Source of the DNA: Candidatus Methanomethylicia archaeon
GTDB lineage: Archaea > Thermoproteota > Methanomethylicia > Nezhaarchaeales > B40-G2
DNA length: 24,931 bases
Direction of reading: 5' to 3'
NCBI GenBank assembly: GCA_029259155.1
Contig: JAPDJI010000022.1
Coordinates: 1 to 24,931, forward strand
Shown in pieces: positions 8,007 through 18,200 of this stretch. Numbering within the stretch: the stretch's first letter is position 1; every line of letters starts with the position of its first letter. The notes beneath the pieces are model-generated. The model was not told the origin of the DNA. It worked only from the letters and a program-made list of their open reading frames with translations, and made no database searches. The position numbers and the translations under genes were made by a program.

Positions 8007-8842
8007 TTACCCATCAGCCTCCTGAAGAAATCTTCAGGAAGAGAAAGGAGAATGAAGAGTAGGGAGAAGCCTGAAGCTACCGTCAGAAATTCAGCCACGT
8101 TGAAGAGGATAAGGGTGCCGGCGAGCCAAATCGGTCCTAGGTAAACCGGAAAACCTGGGAAGGAGGGTTGGAGGGCCCACGGTTTAGGCTGGTTCTGGAT
8201 AATGAAGACGCCGGTAAAGCCTAACGCTATGGATAGCAGTGGGATCAAGGCTATTAAAGTAATGGTTATCAATCCGGTCGTCTCTATAGCGAGACAAGTA
8301 TTCTTAGTTAATCCAAACTCTTCTATGAAGCGGCGAGAGAAGGCAGCGATAGCTAAGAGTGGGGCAACCGCGAAAATACTTCCGGCTTGGAAACCTCCAC
8401 CTGGCGTTAAATGTCCGTGTAGGGCAATAGCGATGGACAAGGCCACTATGAGGACGAAGGTCAATCTAGTAATCACCTTAACTATAAGGGAGAGCCCCTC
8501 CTCTCTCCGCTGCTTCCGCTTACTTTCTTCATAAGAGCGAAGGAAAGCTTCACCAAACCTAAAGGCGGCAACGCTCCCTATGATGGCTAGGAAGAACACC
8601 GTGGTCTCATATACGGTGTCGAGGCCTCTATAGTCCCATAGCATTGACGTGACGGCTTCAGGGCTGGCGGCCCACAAGTCCTTGTTGAACTGGTTAAGGC
8701 AGTTTTCAAGGTAAAACTCCGCTAAAGGTCTAAGGTCGAGGCTAGGGGTAAAAGCAGTAGCTCCCAAAGCCACGGACACAAGGGTCAATACGAAGAGAAC
8801 TATGGTCGAAGCCACTGCCAATGCTTTAAATTCAGCTTTCAA
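8003..8842 (-). CDS. MnhB-domain subunit (MbhE and MbhF fused)
   Basis: SPEAVTSMLWDYRGLDTVYE (MbhE-type) and HGHLTPGGGFQAG (MnhB/MbhF) in one 279-aa ORF. Confidence 0.85.
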   Translation of the reverse strand: MKAEFKALAVASTIVLFVLTLVSVALGATAFTPSLDLRPLAEFYLENCLNQFNKDLWAASPEAVTSMLWDYRGLDTVYETTVFFLAIIGSVAAFRFGEAFLRSYEESKRKQRREEGLSLIVKVITRLTFVLIVALSIAIALHGHLTPGGGFQAGSIFAVAPLLAIAAFSRRFIEEFGLTKNTCLAIETTGLITITLIALIPLLSIALGFTGVFIIQNQPKPWALQPSFPGFPVYLGPIWLAGTLILFNVAEFLTVASGFSLLFILLSLPEDFFRRLMGK

Positions 8843-8845
8843 CCT

Positions 8846-9115
8846 TCAACCCTCCTCGAACCTCTCCGTCTTGCTTATAGCGTAGAGAAGAAGAACCGTG
8901 TAGATGCCTACGGCTATGGGTATGTAAGCGAAGAGAATTTCTGGTGCTGCGAGCAAGTAGTAGGCGAAAGCATAAGCTATCGATTGGCCAGCAGACAATA
9001 CTGCTGCCTTAACGAGGTCGCGCTGAACAATGGCGGAGTAAGCAAGGACAAGAGCCATCGTTAAGCTAAAGGCGAGGAGTATCTCAAGGAAAGGGCTAAA
9101 GAAGAGAGGTATCAT
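8846..9115 (-). CDS. mbhD: MbhD/DUF4040 small membrane subunit
   Basis: RDLVKAAVLS...YYLLAAPE; 3 TM segments; operon position. Confidence 0.8.
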   Translation of the reverse strand: MIPLFFSPFLEILLAFSLTMALVLAYSAIVQRDLVKAAVLSAGQSIAYAFAYYLLAAPEILFAYIPIAVGIYTVLLLYAISKTERFEEG

Positions 9116-9498
9116 TCTCTGCCACCTCGATCCTCTTCGAGTAAGTCGCAGACCTTAGGCTCCACGGGTAGCCTTGATCGATGAGCTGCCCTTGCTAACG
9201 CATGCGAACCCGCGGGCGCCGTCAGTATAACTATTATGCTCGTCAGAATGGAGCCTGTCGCTATAAACCACCTTGCTTGTCCAAGGAAATCGCAAGCCAA
9301 AGCTATGAGAGCCACACCGAGTAATGGATAGGCGGCGCCGCCTATGGTACCCACTGTAGCGGCGTGGAGCCTAACGAAGAAGTTGGGAAAGCGAAGTAGA
9401 CCTATTGAACCTACAAGGTCGCAGAAGACCCCTATCATAACCAGGGCTAACCCGGCAATGAGAGCCATATCCTTGAGCAGGGGTACGAAATCATTCAA
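9112..9498 (-). CDS. mbhC: Na+/H+ antiporter subunit G (MnhG/MbhC)
   Basis: GLLRFPNFFVRLHAAT and TAPAGSHALARAA motifs. Confidence 0.92.
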   Translation of the reverse strand: MNDFVPLLKDMALIAGLALVMIGVFCDLVGSIGLLRFPNFFVRLHAATVGTIGGAAYPLLGVALIALACDFLGQARWFIATGSILTSIIVILTAPAGSHALARAAHRSRLPVEPKVCDLLEEDRGGRE

Positions 9499-9500
9499 GC

Positions 9501-9785
9501 TTACTCACCCAGCTCTCTTCCCTCCATCCATTTAGCTGCATAGAGATCTAGGGCATAAGCCCATAAAGCAAGGCTTATCGCACCTACAATGAGAAAAGAA
9601 TGCTTGAAATATATGGCGAGTAAGGCCATGAAAAGGGAGAGGTCGTAGGAAATACAGTCGACGGCGAGTATCATGTCCGGTATGGTGGGCCCCTTGATTA
9701 AACGAACAACGTAAAGGACCAAGGAGGCTACAAATAACGGAAACACGGCGATTATGAAGACGTTGACCAGCGTCTCTACATTCAT
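9501..9785 (-). CDS. mbhB: Na+/H+ antiporter subunit F (MnhF/MbhB)
   Basis: RLIKGPTIPDMILAVD motif; C-terminal AKWMEG. Confidence 0.88.
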   Translation of the reverse strand: MNVETLVNVFIIAVFPLFVASLVLYVVRLIKGPTIPDMILAVDCISYDLSLFMALLAIYFKHSFLIVGAISLALWAYALDLYAAKWMEGRELGE

Positions 9786-10066
9786 GGAGCCCTAACCCTC
9801 CAAGGCCTCGAGCTCCAAACTTTGAAAACTTACAATATAAAAGCTCTGTGGTTGTACAAACATATGCTTAAAGAAGCACAGTTTATGGAGAGTTACGCTG
9901 CACTGAACATGGGCGCTCATGTACCCTTAACCCCCAACCTAACAATACTGGAACAGGGACAAAACAACATAAACGTCGAGGCGGCCATCAGCGAGAAAAA
10001 TATAAAAAGAGTTTGTAGGCCCCCATCTATCTACAGCCTCCTCTATAGAAAACTAAGGTGGAGTAC
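9786..10066. promoter_or_regulatory. Divergent promoter region between the membrane-arm and catalytic-arm operons
   Basis: Plus strand has GAGAAAAA-TATAAAAA at 9993-10008. Minus strand has CTTTTATATT at 9843-9834. Confidence 0.55.
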
Positions 10067-10492
10067 ATGGGGTTGATCTCATGGTCTAGGCTGAAGTCAC
10101 CTTGGATCTTACACTTCAATTCCGGGGGCTGTAATGGCTGTGACATCGAGGTCCTAGCTGTTTTAACTCCTAGGTTTGACGTGGAGCGTTTCGGTATACT
10201 ACTCAAAGGTTCTCCTAGACACGCCGATGTCATAGTAGTGACGGGGCCCATAACGAGGCAGGTGGCAGCTAGGCTTAAGAGGATCTATGAACAGGTACCT
10301 GACCCTAAGTTTGTAGTAGCTGTTGGTACCTGTACGCTCAGCGGCGGGGTGTTTCAGGATTGCTACAATGTCTTGAAGGGCGTGGATAAAGTAGTGCCCG
10401 TAGATGCTTATGTCCCCGGCTGTCCACCTAGGCCTGACGCGATAATCTATGGTATTGCTAAGCTGCTAGGTAAGCTTAAGGGAGGGGGTTAA
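10067..10492 (+). CDS. mbhJ: Group 4 [NiFe] hydrogenase small subunit (MbhJ/NuoB-like)
   Basis: [23 protein letters not shown] and PGCPPRP motifs; ATG10067 follows AGGTGGAG. Confidence 0.92.
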   Translation: MGLISWSRLKSPWILHFNSGGCNGCDIEVLAVLTPRFDVERFGILLKGSPRHADVIVVTGPITRQVAARLKRIYEQVPDPKFVVAVGTCTLSGGVFQDCYNVLKGVDKVVPVDAYVPGCPPRPDAIIYGIAKLLGKLKGGG

Positions 10493-10493
10493 C

Positions 10494-10949
10494 TTGAATG
10501 GGGACGAAGTAGTGAAGGCAGTCAGAGAGGTTCTAGGCTCTAGCTTGCTTGAAGGCGTAACGGTCAAGCCCAATAGGGTTAATATGGTCGTCGATAAAGG
10601 AGCTCATAGGAGAGCTATAGAGGCCCTTAAGTCTAAGTTCGGTGAAGTTCACTTGTTCTCGATTGTAGGAGCTGACCTTAAAGATAGGCTCGAGTTAACA
10701 TACAATCTCTGGCTTTACGAGGCTAAGATACATGTTATGCTAAAGACCAGCCTTCCTCTCGATGGACTAGAGATCGAAACCATAACCGACCTTATACCTG
10801 GCTCTACACTTTATGAAAGAGAGGTCTATGAAATGCTGGGAGTCATCTTCAAAGGACATCCTAACTTAAAGCGGTTATTCTTGCCTGAAGATTGGCCTGA
10901 AGGACTCTGGCCACTAAGGAAAAATGCTAAGCTAGAGGAGGTGGCATAG
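10494..10949 (+). CDS. mbhK: NuoC-like subunit (MbhK)
   Basis: [35 protein letters not shown] motif. Confidence 0.9.
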   Translation: MNGDEVVKAVREVLGSSLLEGVTVKPNRVNMVVDKGAHRRAIEALKSKFGEVHLFSIVGADLKDRLELTYNLWLYEAKIHVMLKTSLPLDGLEIETITDLIPGSTLYEREVYEMLGVIFKGHPNLKRLFLPEDWPEGLWPLRKNAKLEEVA

Positions 10950-12104
10950 TTGTCATCCATAGACTTAGTTATAGGACCCCAACACCCGGCTCTACATGAA
11001 CCCGAGCGCTTCTTGTTTAAAGTGGAAGGTGAGACGGTTATCGACGTGGAGCCTAGGATAGGCTATGTCCATCGAGGCATAGAGAAAGCTTTAGAGAATC
11101 GTACCTTTGTTCAGGGCGTATATTTGGCTGAACGCGTATGTGGGATATGTAACGTAGCCCATTCATTATGTTACGTACAAGCTATGGAAGATATATGTGA
11201 AGTGGAGCTACCGGAGAGAGCTAAGTACCTGCGGGTAATCGCTCATGAGTTAAACAGGATTCACAGCCACATTTTACTGTTAGGGGTAGCAGGAGAGCTG
11301 TTAGGGTTCATGACCCTCTTCATGTTGATGTGGAGAGACCGAGAGGATGTAATGGACTTAATCGAAAGGCTTACCGGTAACAGAGTAAATAGCGCATATA
11401 ACGTGGTTGGCGGGGTAAGGAGGGACATAGATTCTAAGTTAGCCGAGGACCTAAGGAAGGTCATGGATAGGCTTTATGAAAGAATGGTGAGGTACAAGAA
11501 AGTCTTCGCTAACGACCCTACAGTTAGAGCTAGAACAGTAGGTGTAGGGCTACTCAGCAGAGCAAAAGCTGTGGATCTCTGTGCAGTAGGCCCAACCACT
11601 AGAGGATCAGGGGTTAAAGCCGACGTAAGAGACTATCTTCCCTACGCTGCCTATGAAGACTTAGACTTTAAGCTCGTTTCATACGAAGAAGGAGACGTAT
11701 GGGCTAGGCTCATGGTCAGGGTAGATGAGACTCTAGAGGCAATCGAACTAATCAAGAGAAGCCTGGATAAAATGCCTTCAGGCCCCATCTGCATTAAACC
11801 CCCTAGAGTTATTCCTAAAGGAGAAGGCTTCAGCGTAGTCGAGGCTCCTAGAGGAGACCTGAATTACCACGTCTACGGTAAGGGAGCATCGACACCTGAT
11901 CGAGTTAAGATCAGGACACCTACCTATGCTAACATACCTGCAGTTTGTGAAATGTTTAAAGGAGGATATATCGCTGACATTCCAGCTACGTTGGTGAGCA
12001 TTGATCCATGCTTCGCATGTACAGATAGAGTGGCCATAATAAATGTCGAGACAGGGGAAAGAAGGAGTTTAACCATAGAAGAGCTGACAAGGAGGGGGAA
12101 GTAA
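10950..12104 (+). CDS. mbhL: Group 4 [NiFe] hydrogenase large subunit (MbhL-like)
   Basis: GPQHPALHEP and HRGIEK; L1 ERVCGIC and L2 DPCFACTDR retain all four Ni ligands; C-terminal extension after the Arg. Confidence 0.93.
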   Translation: MSSIDLVIGPQHPALHEPERFLFKVEGETVIDVEPRIGYVHRGIEKALENRTFVQGVYLAERVCGICNVAHSLCYVQAMEDICEVELPERAKYLRVIAHELNRIHSHILLLGVAGELLGFMTLFMLMWRDREDVMDLIERLTGNRVNSAYNVVGGVRRDIDSKLAEDLRKVMDRLYERMVRYKKVFANDPTVRARTVGVGLLSRAKAVDLCAVGPTTRGSGVKADVRDYLPYAAYEDLDFKLVSYEEGDVWARLMVRVDETLEAIELIKRSLDKMPSGPICIKPPRVIPKGEGFSVVEAPRGDLNYHVYGKGASTPDRVKIRTPTYANIPAVCEMFKGGYIADIPATLVSIDPCFACTDRVAIINVETGERRSLTIEELTRRGK

Positions 12105-12105
12105 T

Positions 12106-12462
12106 TTGGTAGGTATACCTTCCATGCTTAAAGACGTGCTCTCTAATGCCTTCAGAAAACCGGCTACTGTTAAGTATCCCTTCGAGAGGCTTCAACCGCC
12201 TGCAGGCTTCAGAGGCAAACACGTAGTTTACTGGGACAAATGTATAGGGTGTGGTGTATGTGCACGTGACTGCCCAGCTTTCGCCATAGAGCTCGTAGAA
12301 TATAAAGGAAGGAAGCTACCGATCATCGACCTCTCTAAGTGCATCTTCTGCTACCAGTGTGCTGATAGTTGTCCGAGAGGAGTCATAGATATGAGTCCTG
12401 TCTTCGAGTTGGCTACATGGAAAAAAGAAGAACTGCTCATCAAACCTGAAGCTGAAAAATGA
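12106..12462 (+). CDS. mbhN: 2x[4Fe-4S] ferredoxin-like subunit (MbhN/NuoI-like)
   Basis: TVKYP, FRGKH, CIGCGVCARDCP and CIFCYQCADSCP motifs. Confidence 0.92.
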   Translation: MVGIPSMLKDVLSNAFRKPATVKYPFERLQPPAGFRGKHVVYWDKCIGCGVCARDCPAFAIELVEYKGRKLPIIDLSKCIFCYQCADSCPRGVIDMSPVFELATWKKEELLIKPEAEK

Positions 12463-13265
12463 AGCTCCAAGATCTCTTTAAGGTAGATAAGCCCATAATA
12501 GGTGTAGTGCACCTTAAACCTCTACCTGGCTCCCCGAGGTATGGAGGCTCGCTGGACGAAGTACTAGGTCAAGCACTTAGAGACTGTCGAGCGTTGGTAG
12601 ATGGTGGAGTAAACGGTATCCTTGTAGAGAATTATGGTGATGCCCCCTACCTACCTAGACGCGTGGGCCCTGAGACCGTAGCTTCCATGGCAGTGGTCGT
12701 TAAAGAGCTAGTAAAGCAAGTCAGGGTTCCTGTAGGTGTAAACGTGCTTAGATGTGATGGTGAAGCCGCCCTCGCCATAGCTGCGGCCTGCAACGCCTCG
12801 TTCATAAGGGTCAACGTATACGTTGGAGCAGCCATTACCGATCAAGGTCTAATTGAAGGGAGAAGCTACGATATAGTGAGGCTTAGGTTTAGGTTGAGGA
12901 CTGACGTGAAGGTTTTCGCCGACGTAGCCGTTAAACACGCAGCTCCATTAACCTATCGCTCAGCGGCCGAGGAAGCTTTAGATGCCATAGAAAGAGGGTT
13001 AGCTGATGCTGTAATTTTAACAGGTCGACGTACAGGTCAACCCCCTTCAATAAACGTGCTAGAGGAAGTTAAGAAAGCCTTACCTAATACACCAGTCTTG
13101 GTTGGTAGCGGAGTAAATCTTGAAAACGTTATTAGCTTACTTTCCATAACTGACGGAGCTATAATAGGCACCTACTTCAAAGAGAAAGGGCAGATTGATC
13201 AACCTGTTGATAGAGATAGAGTAAAGAGGCTGATAAACACGGTTTTGAGGCTTAGAGGCCAGTAA
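12459..13265 (+). CDS. BtpA/SgcQ family protein
   Basis: IGVVHLKPLPGSP, ENYGDAP, GVNVLR, ADVAVKH and TG..TG motifs; ATGA overlap with mbhN. Confidence 0.92.
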   Translation: MKLQDLFKVDKPIIGVVHLKPLPGSPRYGGSLDEVLGQALRDCRALVDGGVNGILVENYGDAPYLPRRVGPETVASMAVVVKELVKQVRVPVGVNVLRCDGEAALAIAAACNASFIRVNVYVGAAITDQGLIEGRSYDIVRLRFRLRTDVKVFADVAVKHAAPLTYRSAAEEALDAIERGLADAVILTGRRTGQPPSINVLEEVKKALPNTPVLVGSGVNLENVISLLSITDGAIIGTYFKEKGQIDQPVDRDRVKRLINTVLRLRGQ

Positions 13266-13388
13266 GCATTATAGTCAGCTACAATGCTGCCCTGTAGCCA
13301 ATATATCATAGATGAGCCCAGCTGGGACACATCTTAACCTCATCCTCCTTGATGGAACATGCACCGTGCCTTCCTTTACTGTGCAATG

Positions 13389-14417
13389 TCATTTAGCTAA
13401 ATGGCACAGGTTCTTTAAGCTACATTCATCACAACGAGGAGTTGCGGTTCTACAAGTTGAGGAGCCATGAATATAACATAGCGTCTGAAACCATCCCCCA
13501 AGCTCACCCAACCATGAAAGTGAACTTCTGAGGCACCTATTAGAGCGAGGACAAGTCTCCAACTCTTTAAGAGGCTGAGCTGAACATGAGAAGCGCTTAC
13601 AGAAAGCTTTCTCGGGGAAAGTTAAGTCAGCTTGAACTAGGCCTAGTCTTAAGGTTACGGTTTTAAGGTGTACGTCGCACGGTATGAAAGTAGGGGCCTT
13701 AAAGGAGGATAAGATTAAGGAGTCTACAGCTTTAGGTCCGAGGTATCTACAAGCTCTTAAGAGCAGAACCCTCGCTACGTTAGGGTTTAAGTTGACTAGG
13801 TCTGCTGGGTATTTGATAATAGGTCGAAGCCCAAGCCCTCTACTTAACTCCTCAAGTCTATTAGGGATTGATAGTAAGTCTCGAACCATCACTTGAAGCT
13901 GAGCTACCTGGTAGCTACTACCTATTTGGCTTAAAACGTTAGGTGAGGCTTCAGCTATCGATAACGGATCCTCCCCAAAGAAATCCCAGATCCTCCTACA
14001 CCATCTAAGTACAAATCTCTCGTAGTCCGTCCTCCTTGATAATGATACAGCTATAAAGAGGAAAACGAAGTCCCATGGAGCTAGAGGGAGGCGGACCCCT
14101 GGATAAGCTGAAGCTAGAGCTTCAACTATAGGTCTAACACTTGAGGAGAGTAAAGATCCTTGAAACTCGAAGGGAGAGTGCCATGCACCTATCTCGAGCT
14201 CCACGGTCTCTTCAATAAGCTCCTTAGGTAACGTGGAATCATAGAATACCTTAACCTCGGTGTTTGATACCTGCATTAACCTAACTTTATTGGCTAACCT
14301 TCCAGCTATCTTAACCCAGACCTTAGGCTTTAACCTCAAGTAGAGAGAAGAGACAAAGGAAGGAGCGAGAGAAAGATCTAGGTTGAAGGGTTCCTCAACT
14401 TCTAAGCTTAACTCCAA
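13389..14417 (-). CDS. HhH-GPD DNA glycosylase/lyase-like protein with a 4Fe-4S motif
   Basis: YLGPKAVD...IPCDVH (HhH-GPD) and C-terminal CRTATPRCDECSLKNLC (Cx6Cx2Cx5C). Confidence 0.75.
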   Translation of the reverse strand: MELSLEVEEPFNLDLSLAPSFVSSLYLRLKPKVWVKIAGRLANKVRLMQVSNTEVKVFYDSTLPKELIEETVELEIGAWHSPFEFQGSLLSSSVRPIVEALASAYPGVRLPLAPWDFVFLFIAVSLSRRTDYERFVLRWCRRIWDFFGEDPLSIAEASPNVLSQIGSSYQVAQLQVMVRDLLSIPNRLEELSRGLGLRPIIKYPADLVNLNPNVARVLLLRACRYLGPKAVDSLILSSFKAPTFIPCDVHLKTVTLRLGLVQADLTFPEKAFCKRFSCSAQPLKELETCPRSNRCLRSSLSWLGELGGWFQTLCYIHGSSTCRTATPRCDECSLKNLCHLAK

Positions 14418-14550
14418 GCCTACTCCCTAATCAGTGAGAGCGAGAACCTATCTTCAAGCTTCTCCTACCCGTTAATTATGAAACTATCTTAATAAGGCTC
14501 TAGGAAAAGATTTAATATATAGCTTGTTGCCTTAAGTAAAGGGGGCTGCT

Positions 14551-15234
14551 GTGAACGGGCTTCGCCATATCGCCATGGAGTTGGCTTACCACGCCCCCTT
14601 CACGGCCCTCGGCACGATGCTAGGGCTGGCGTTTGTTACCTTAATTGTACTCAATGTTCCCGCTACCGAAATTTATGAAGGGCTCTTCCATACCTTACAT
14701 CCTCTACACATGTTTCTAAGCGCTATAGCTACTACAGCCGTTTACTTTAGACATAGACGTACCCTACTAGGCGCTATTACAGTGGGCGTAATAGGCTCGG
14801 TAGGTATATGTTCAATTTCAGATATCTTCCTGCCCTACCTCGGTGGAGCTCTCTTAGGCGTCAAGGAACTTGAGCTCCACATCTGTTTATTGAAACATCC
14901 ATGGCTTGTTCTAGCTCCCGCTTTTTTGGGAGCTTTCGTAGCTCTACCGTTAACCGTTAAGACTGAAAACTCGAGCCTCCTACCTCACGGAGGACACGTC
15001 ATGGTCTCCGTGCTAGCTTCTCTAACCTACTTAGCTGCTTTCTCAAACCCAGTAGCATTAATTTCCTTCTATATACCTCAAACCTTCACCATTGTTTTCC
15101 TAGCTGTACTGTTACCTTGCTGCACCTCTGACATAGTGCTGCCCGTAGCAGCCCTCCATGGATGTCTATGCGAACACGACGAACACTTTAAACGTCCACT
15201 ACTATTCAAGGTTCTAAGACGAAATAGAGCTTGA
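14551..15234 (+). CDS. Uncharacterised His/Cys-rich integral membrane protein
   Basis: About 6 TM segments with HAPFT, HTLHPLH, HICL, PHGGH and PCCTSD. Confidence 0.7.
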   Translation: MNGLRHIAMELAYHAPFTALGTMLGLAFVTLIVLNVPATEIYEGLFHTLHPLHMFLSAIATTAVYFRHRRTLLGAITVGVIGSVGICSISDIFLPYLGGALLGVKELELHICLLKHPWLVLAPAFLGAFVALPLTVKTENSSLLPHGGHVMVSVLASLTYLAAFSNPVALISFYIPQTFTIVFLAVLLPCCTSDIVLPVAALHGCLCEHDEHFKRPLLFKVLRRNRA

Positions 15235-15247
15235 TCTGATAACTATT

Positions 15248-18200
15248 TTAGATAGAAATCCTTGTTCGATACCTGTCTTTTAGTTCTCTCTTCTTTGCCT
15301 CATTCCATCCTCCTACTTCTTGGTAATATCCCGTCACCCTACTCCAGTATCTTACATTGGTTGATCCACAGTTAGGACAGGCATCATTGATGCCAGCCGA
15401 AACTTCGAAGCATTGTTCACAGATGGTTAAGTCCTTGGTATACGCGAAGTAACCAATCTGAGTTTGAGTGGCTATACGTTTAGTTACTTTGAATAGGGCT
15501 TCTGGGTCTGGGTAGGCTTCACCTAGCCATATATGGAAAATATTTCCTCCTGATAGGATAGGCCAGAACTTCTGTTCTATGGAGATACGTTCGGTTAACG
15601 GTATTTGAGCTCCTACGTAGACATGTGTACCGTTAGTGTAGTACAGTGGGACGTCCCTTACACCTTCAGCCATGAGCCTTCTAGCCTCTTCTAAGTCCCC
15701 TTTAACCACGGTAATGGCCATATCCTTAAACTCCGGCGACAACATGTCAGCTACGGCTAAGCGTTGAGCACAAGATTCAGCAGGAGTTCTAGCTATGGCC
15801 AGCCTCATCCCTATCTTCTCTTCGAGCTCGGCCTTATACTTCCGCATTTCAAGCAAGGTCTTCACTAACAACTTCACCGCGTCTCGGCTTTCATGCAGCT
15901 GAAACCCTGTATGCCACTGTACCATCTCGTTACCTCCCACCACGCCTATGGTGTAAACCAGGTTATCTAGATCTACAGCTGGCGGTCCTCTTTGCCCTGT
16001 CTTAGGGTCTTTAGGACGTTGAACAGCAAAAGGAAGTCTACCTGACTTAACGGCAAGCTCCATCCATCTTTTCTTGATCTGAAAGATCTCGACCGCGGCG
16101 TCCATTAACTTAGCTATCTCCTCAAACAGCCTGTCATCGTCCCCAGCCGCCCTATAGGCAGCCCTAGGTAAGTTAAGAGTGACTACTTGCATACCTCCCA
16201 TGCTGAAGTGTTTACCATCCTCAAAGTATAGCTTAGCGTTAAAGTCTGGGTCAGTTTCAGGGGTCTCCGTAAACACGTAGGCGCAGCAATTATGGGTTAC
16301 GACGCCATTTAACAGAGTGAAGACGTGGCCTCGGCCTACGTCGACTAGGTCGTAGACATCCCCTTCGTAACTCTCTTTAGCGATCCTTTTAACCTTGACC
16401 CATCTGACCTCCTCTTTTAAGAGGCCTGTAGTAAGAGTCTCCTCCAATTGAAGGAGGTCCTTACCGCTAACGGTTACTTGGCCTACGCGCTTATCCTTCC
16501 TACCATACCTGTGCCAGTAGAGCTTAGCCATCGTCCCCAGCGCCCTAATGGCTATGGCTACGTCTTCAATCGCCTTGCCGACCATTCTTATCCTCAAGTA
16601 TGTATGGCTTGAGCCGTCGCTTAGGCGTTTAGAGTAGAAGTTACCCTCAGAGGCTATAACCCCCTCGACTAAGCCCCTCAAGAAGCGGCTACTTGCAACT
16701 AAGAGTTTACGAGGTAGCTTTTTATCCTCGCTCTTCGATCCAAGCTTCCAGACCTTGACAAATAGCTCGTATAGCGCTTTGTTAGGCACCGATACGACGT
16801 AGGCTGTGGCCTGTCTATGTATGTAGGGGTCGACGTTAAACACCTGCCTTAATAGCTCAGAGACCTTGACGGCTAAGTGCTCCTCGTCTAGGCTAAAGCT
16901 CCACCTAACCATGTAGTTGTCTTGGTTGGCGTCGCCTTCACCTAGGTAGCTTCCCACTATGAAGCCGAGCTTCTCGTCAACCTCGACGAACCTCTTAATG
17001 GTATTTGACCTAGGGTAGGCGCTTAGAAGGCCGCCGTCAACCTTAACCTCAACTCCAGCCTCTGAGAATTCTTCAAGCAGGTCTACGGTTACGGGGTCTG
17101 GCAGATGTCTAGCCCATCCAAGATGTACAGGTAGGTAATCAATGTTAGGAGATAATTCACGGGCTTCGACGATGAGTTCCTCGTAAACTGTCTTATACTT
17201 ACCTTCACCCTGCTTAACTACGCGTTTACGCCTTATTAGGCATGGATGGTTAGCCGTAGCTTCAAAGTCCAACCCGTACTTCAACTTGACCTTAGCTATT
17301 TCACCTTTATAGGGCCTTTTAATTAGGGCTTTCGGCTTAGCAAAGCCTTCTGGGGTTAAGACTTCAACGTTAGGTTCCTGAATTAGCTGAGAAGAGCCTA
17401 AGAGCTCTGAAACCTTGACTACCCATGGATTACTGGCCTTAACCACGAGTTCAGCCTCAGGTAAAAGACATTGATAACACGACACGCCCTTGCCGTAGCC
17501 TCGGTAGGCGGGGAGCATGTTGTCGAAGTATGGCGTCCCAAACTTAGACACCACATTATGAGCGAGCAGCCATTCCTCGTCGTATTCAGGTTTAAAGAAC
17601 TCAGGTGTTATCCCTCCTTCAAGCTTAGGGAAGTTGAAGGGTTTACCCCACCAGTCTCCTTCTAAAGCTACCTCGTAGATAGCTCTGAAGAAAGCTCTAA
17701 CCTCGTCCTCGTAGTCTCCATAGACGTCTGGACCTACCTTACCCATAGCTACAACAGGTTTATCCTTCCATAGATCAGGGACTCCAGGCGTAATTTGGAT
17801 GTTGCTGAATACCATTTGTCCGCCTCTAGCTACATAGATCTGGGTGAGCTCATAGAACATCATCTGAGCCAGCTGTTTAATGTGCTTATAGCTTAAACCT
17901 CGTAGGTAAGGGGCCATAAACACCGTGTAGTTATAGAAGCCTTGACCACCAGCAAAGTTTGTCTGAGCACTGGCCAATGCTTTAACGCTGTGGAGCAAGG
18001 CTACTTCAACATGTTTAGCGGGACCCGCTACGCTCGTTTTAAGCCCTAGTCCATCAGGCATTAAGCCGTAGTAGAAGAAGTATCGCAGGTCCCAGTCTTG
18101 GCAGAAGGGACGTGTACCAAAGTATTCGAGGTCGTGGATGTGTAGATCCCCTTTTAGGTGAGCGTCAGCCAACCTAGGGTTCATGAGAAGGAGGTACTCC

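Noticed and set aside
9851-9861. GTTGTACAAAC as a SurR site
   Set aside because: Spacing is GTT-n5-AAC, not the GTT-n3-AAC SurR motif.
9822-10076. 84-aa ORF in the mbh divergent spacer
   Set aside because: No recognisable motifs; it overlaps both promoter-like elements and the mbhJ start.
10950-12104. Complex I NuoD or sulfane reductase MbxL call
   Set aside because: Both Ni-binding CxxC motifs are intact, so it is a hydrogenase large subunit.
13266-13388. Inverted repeats between the convergent btpA and glycosylase genes
   Set aside because: Short stems, plausibly terminator-like or chance; no diagnostic RNA motif.
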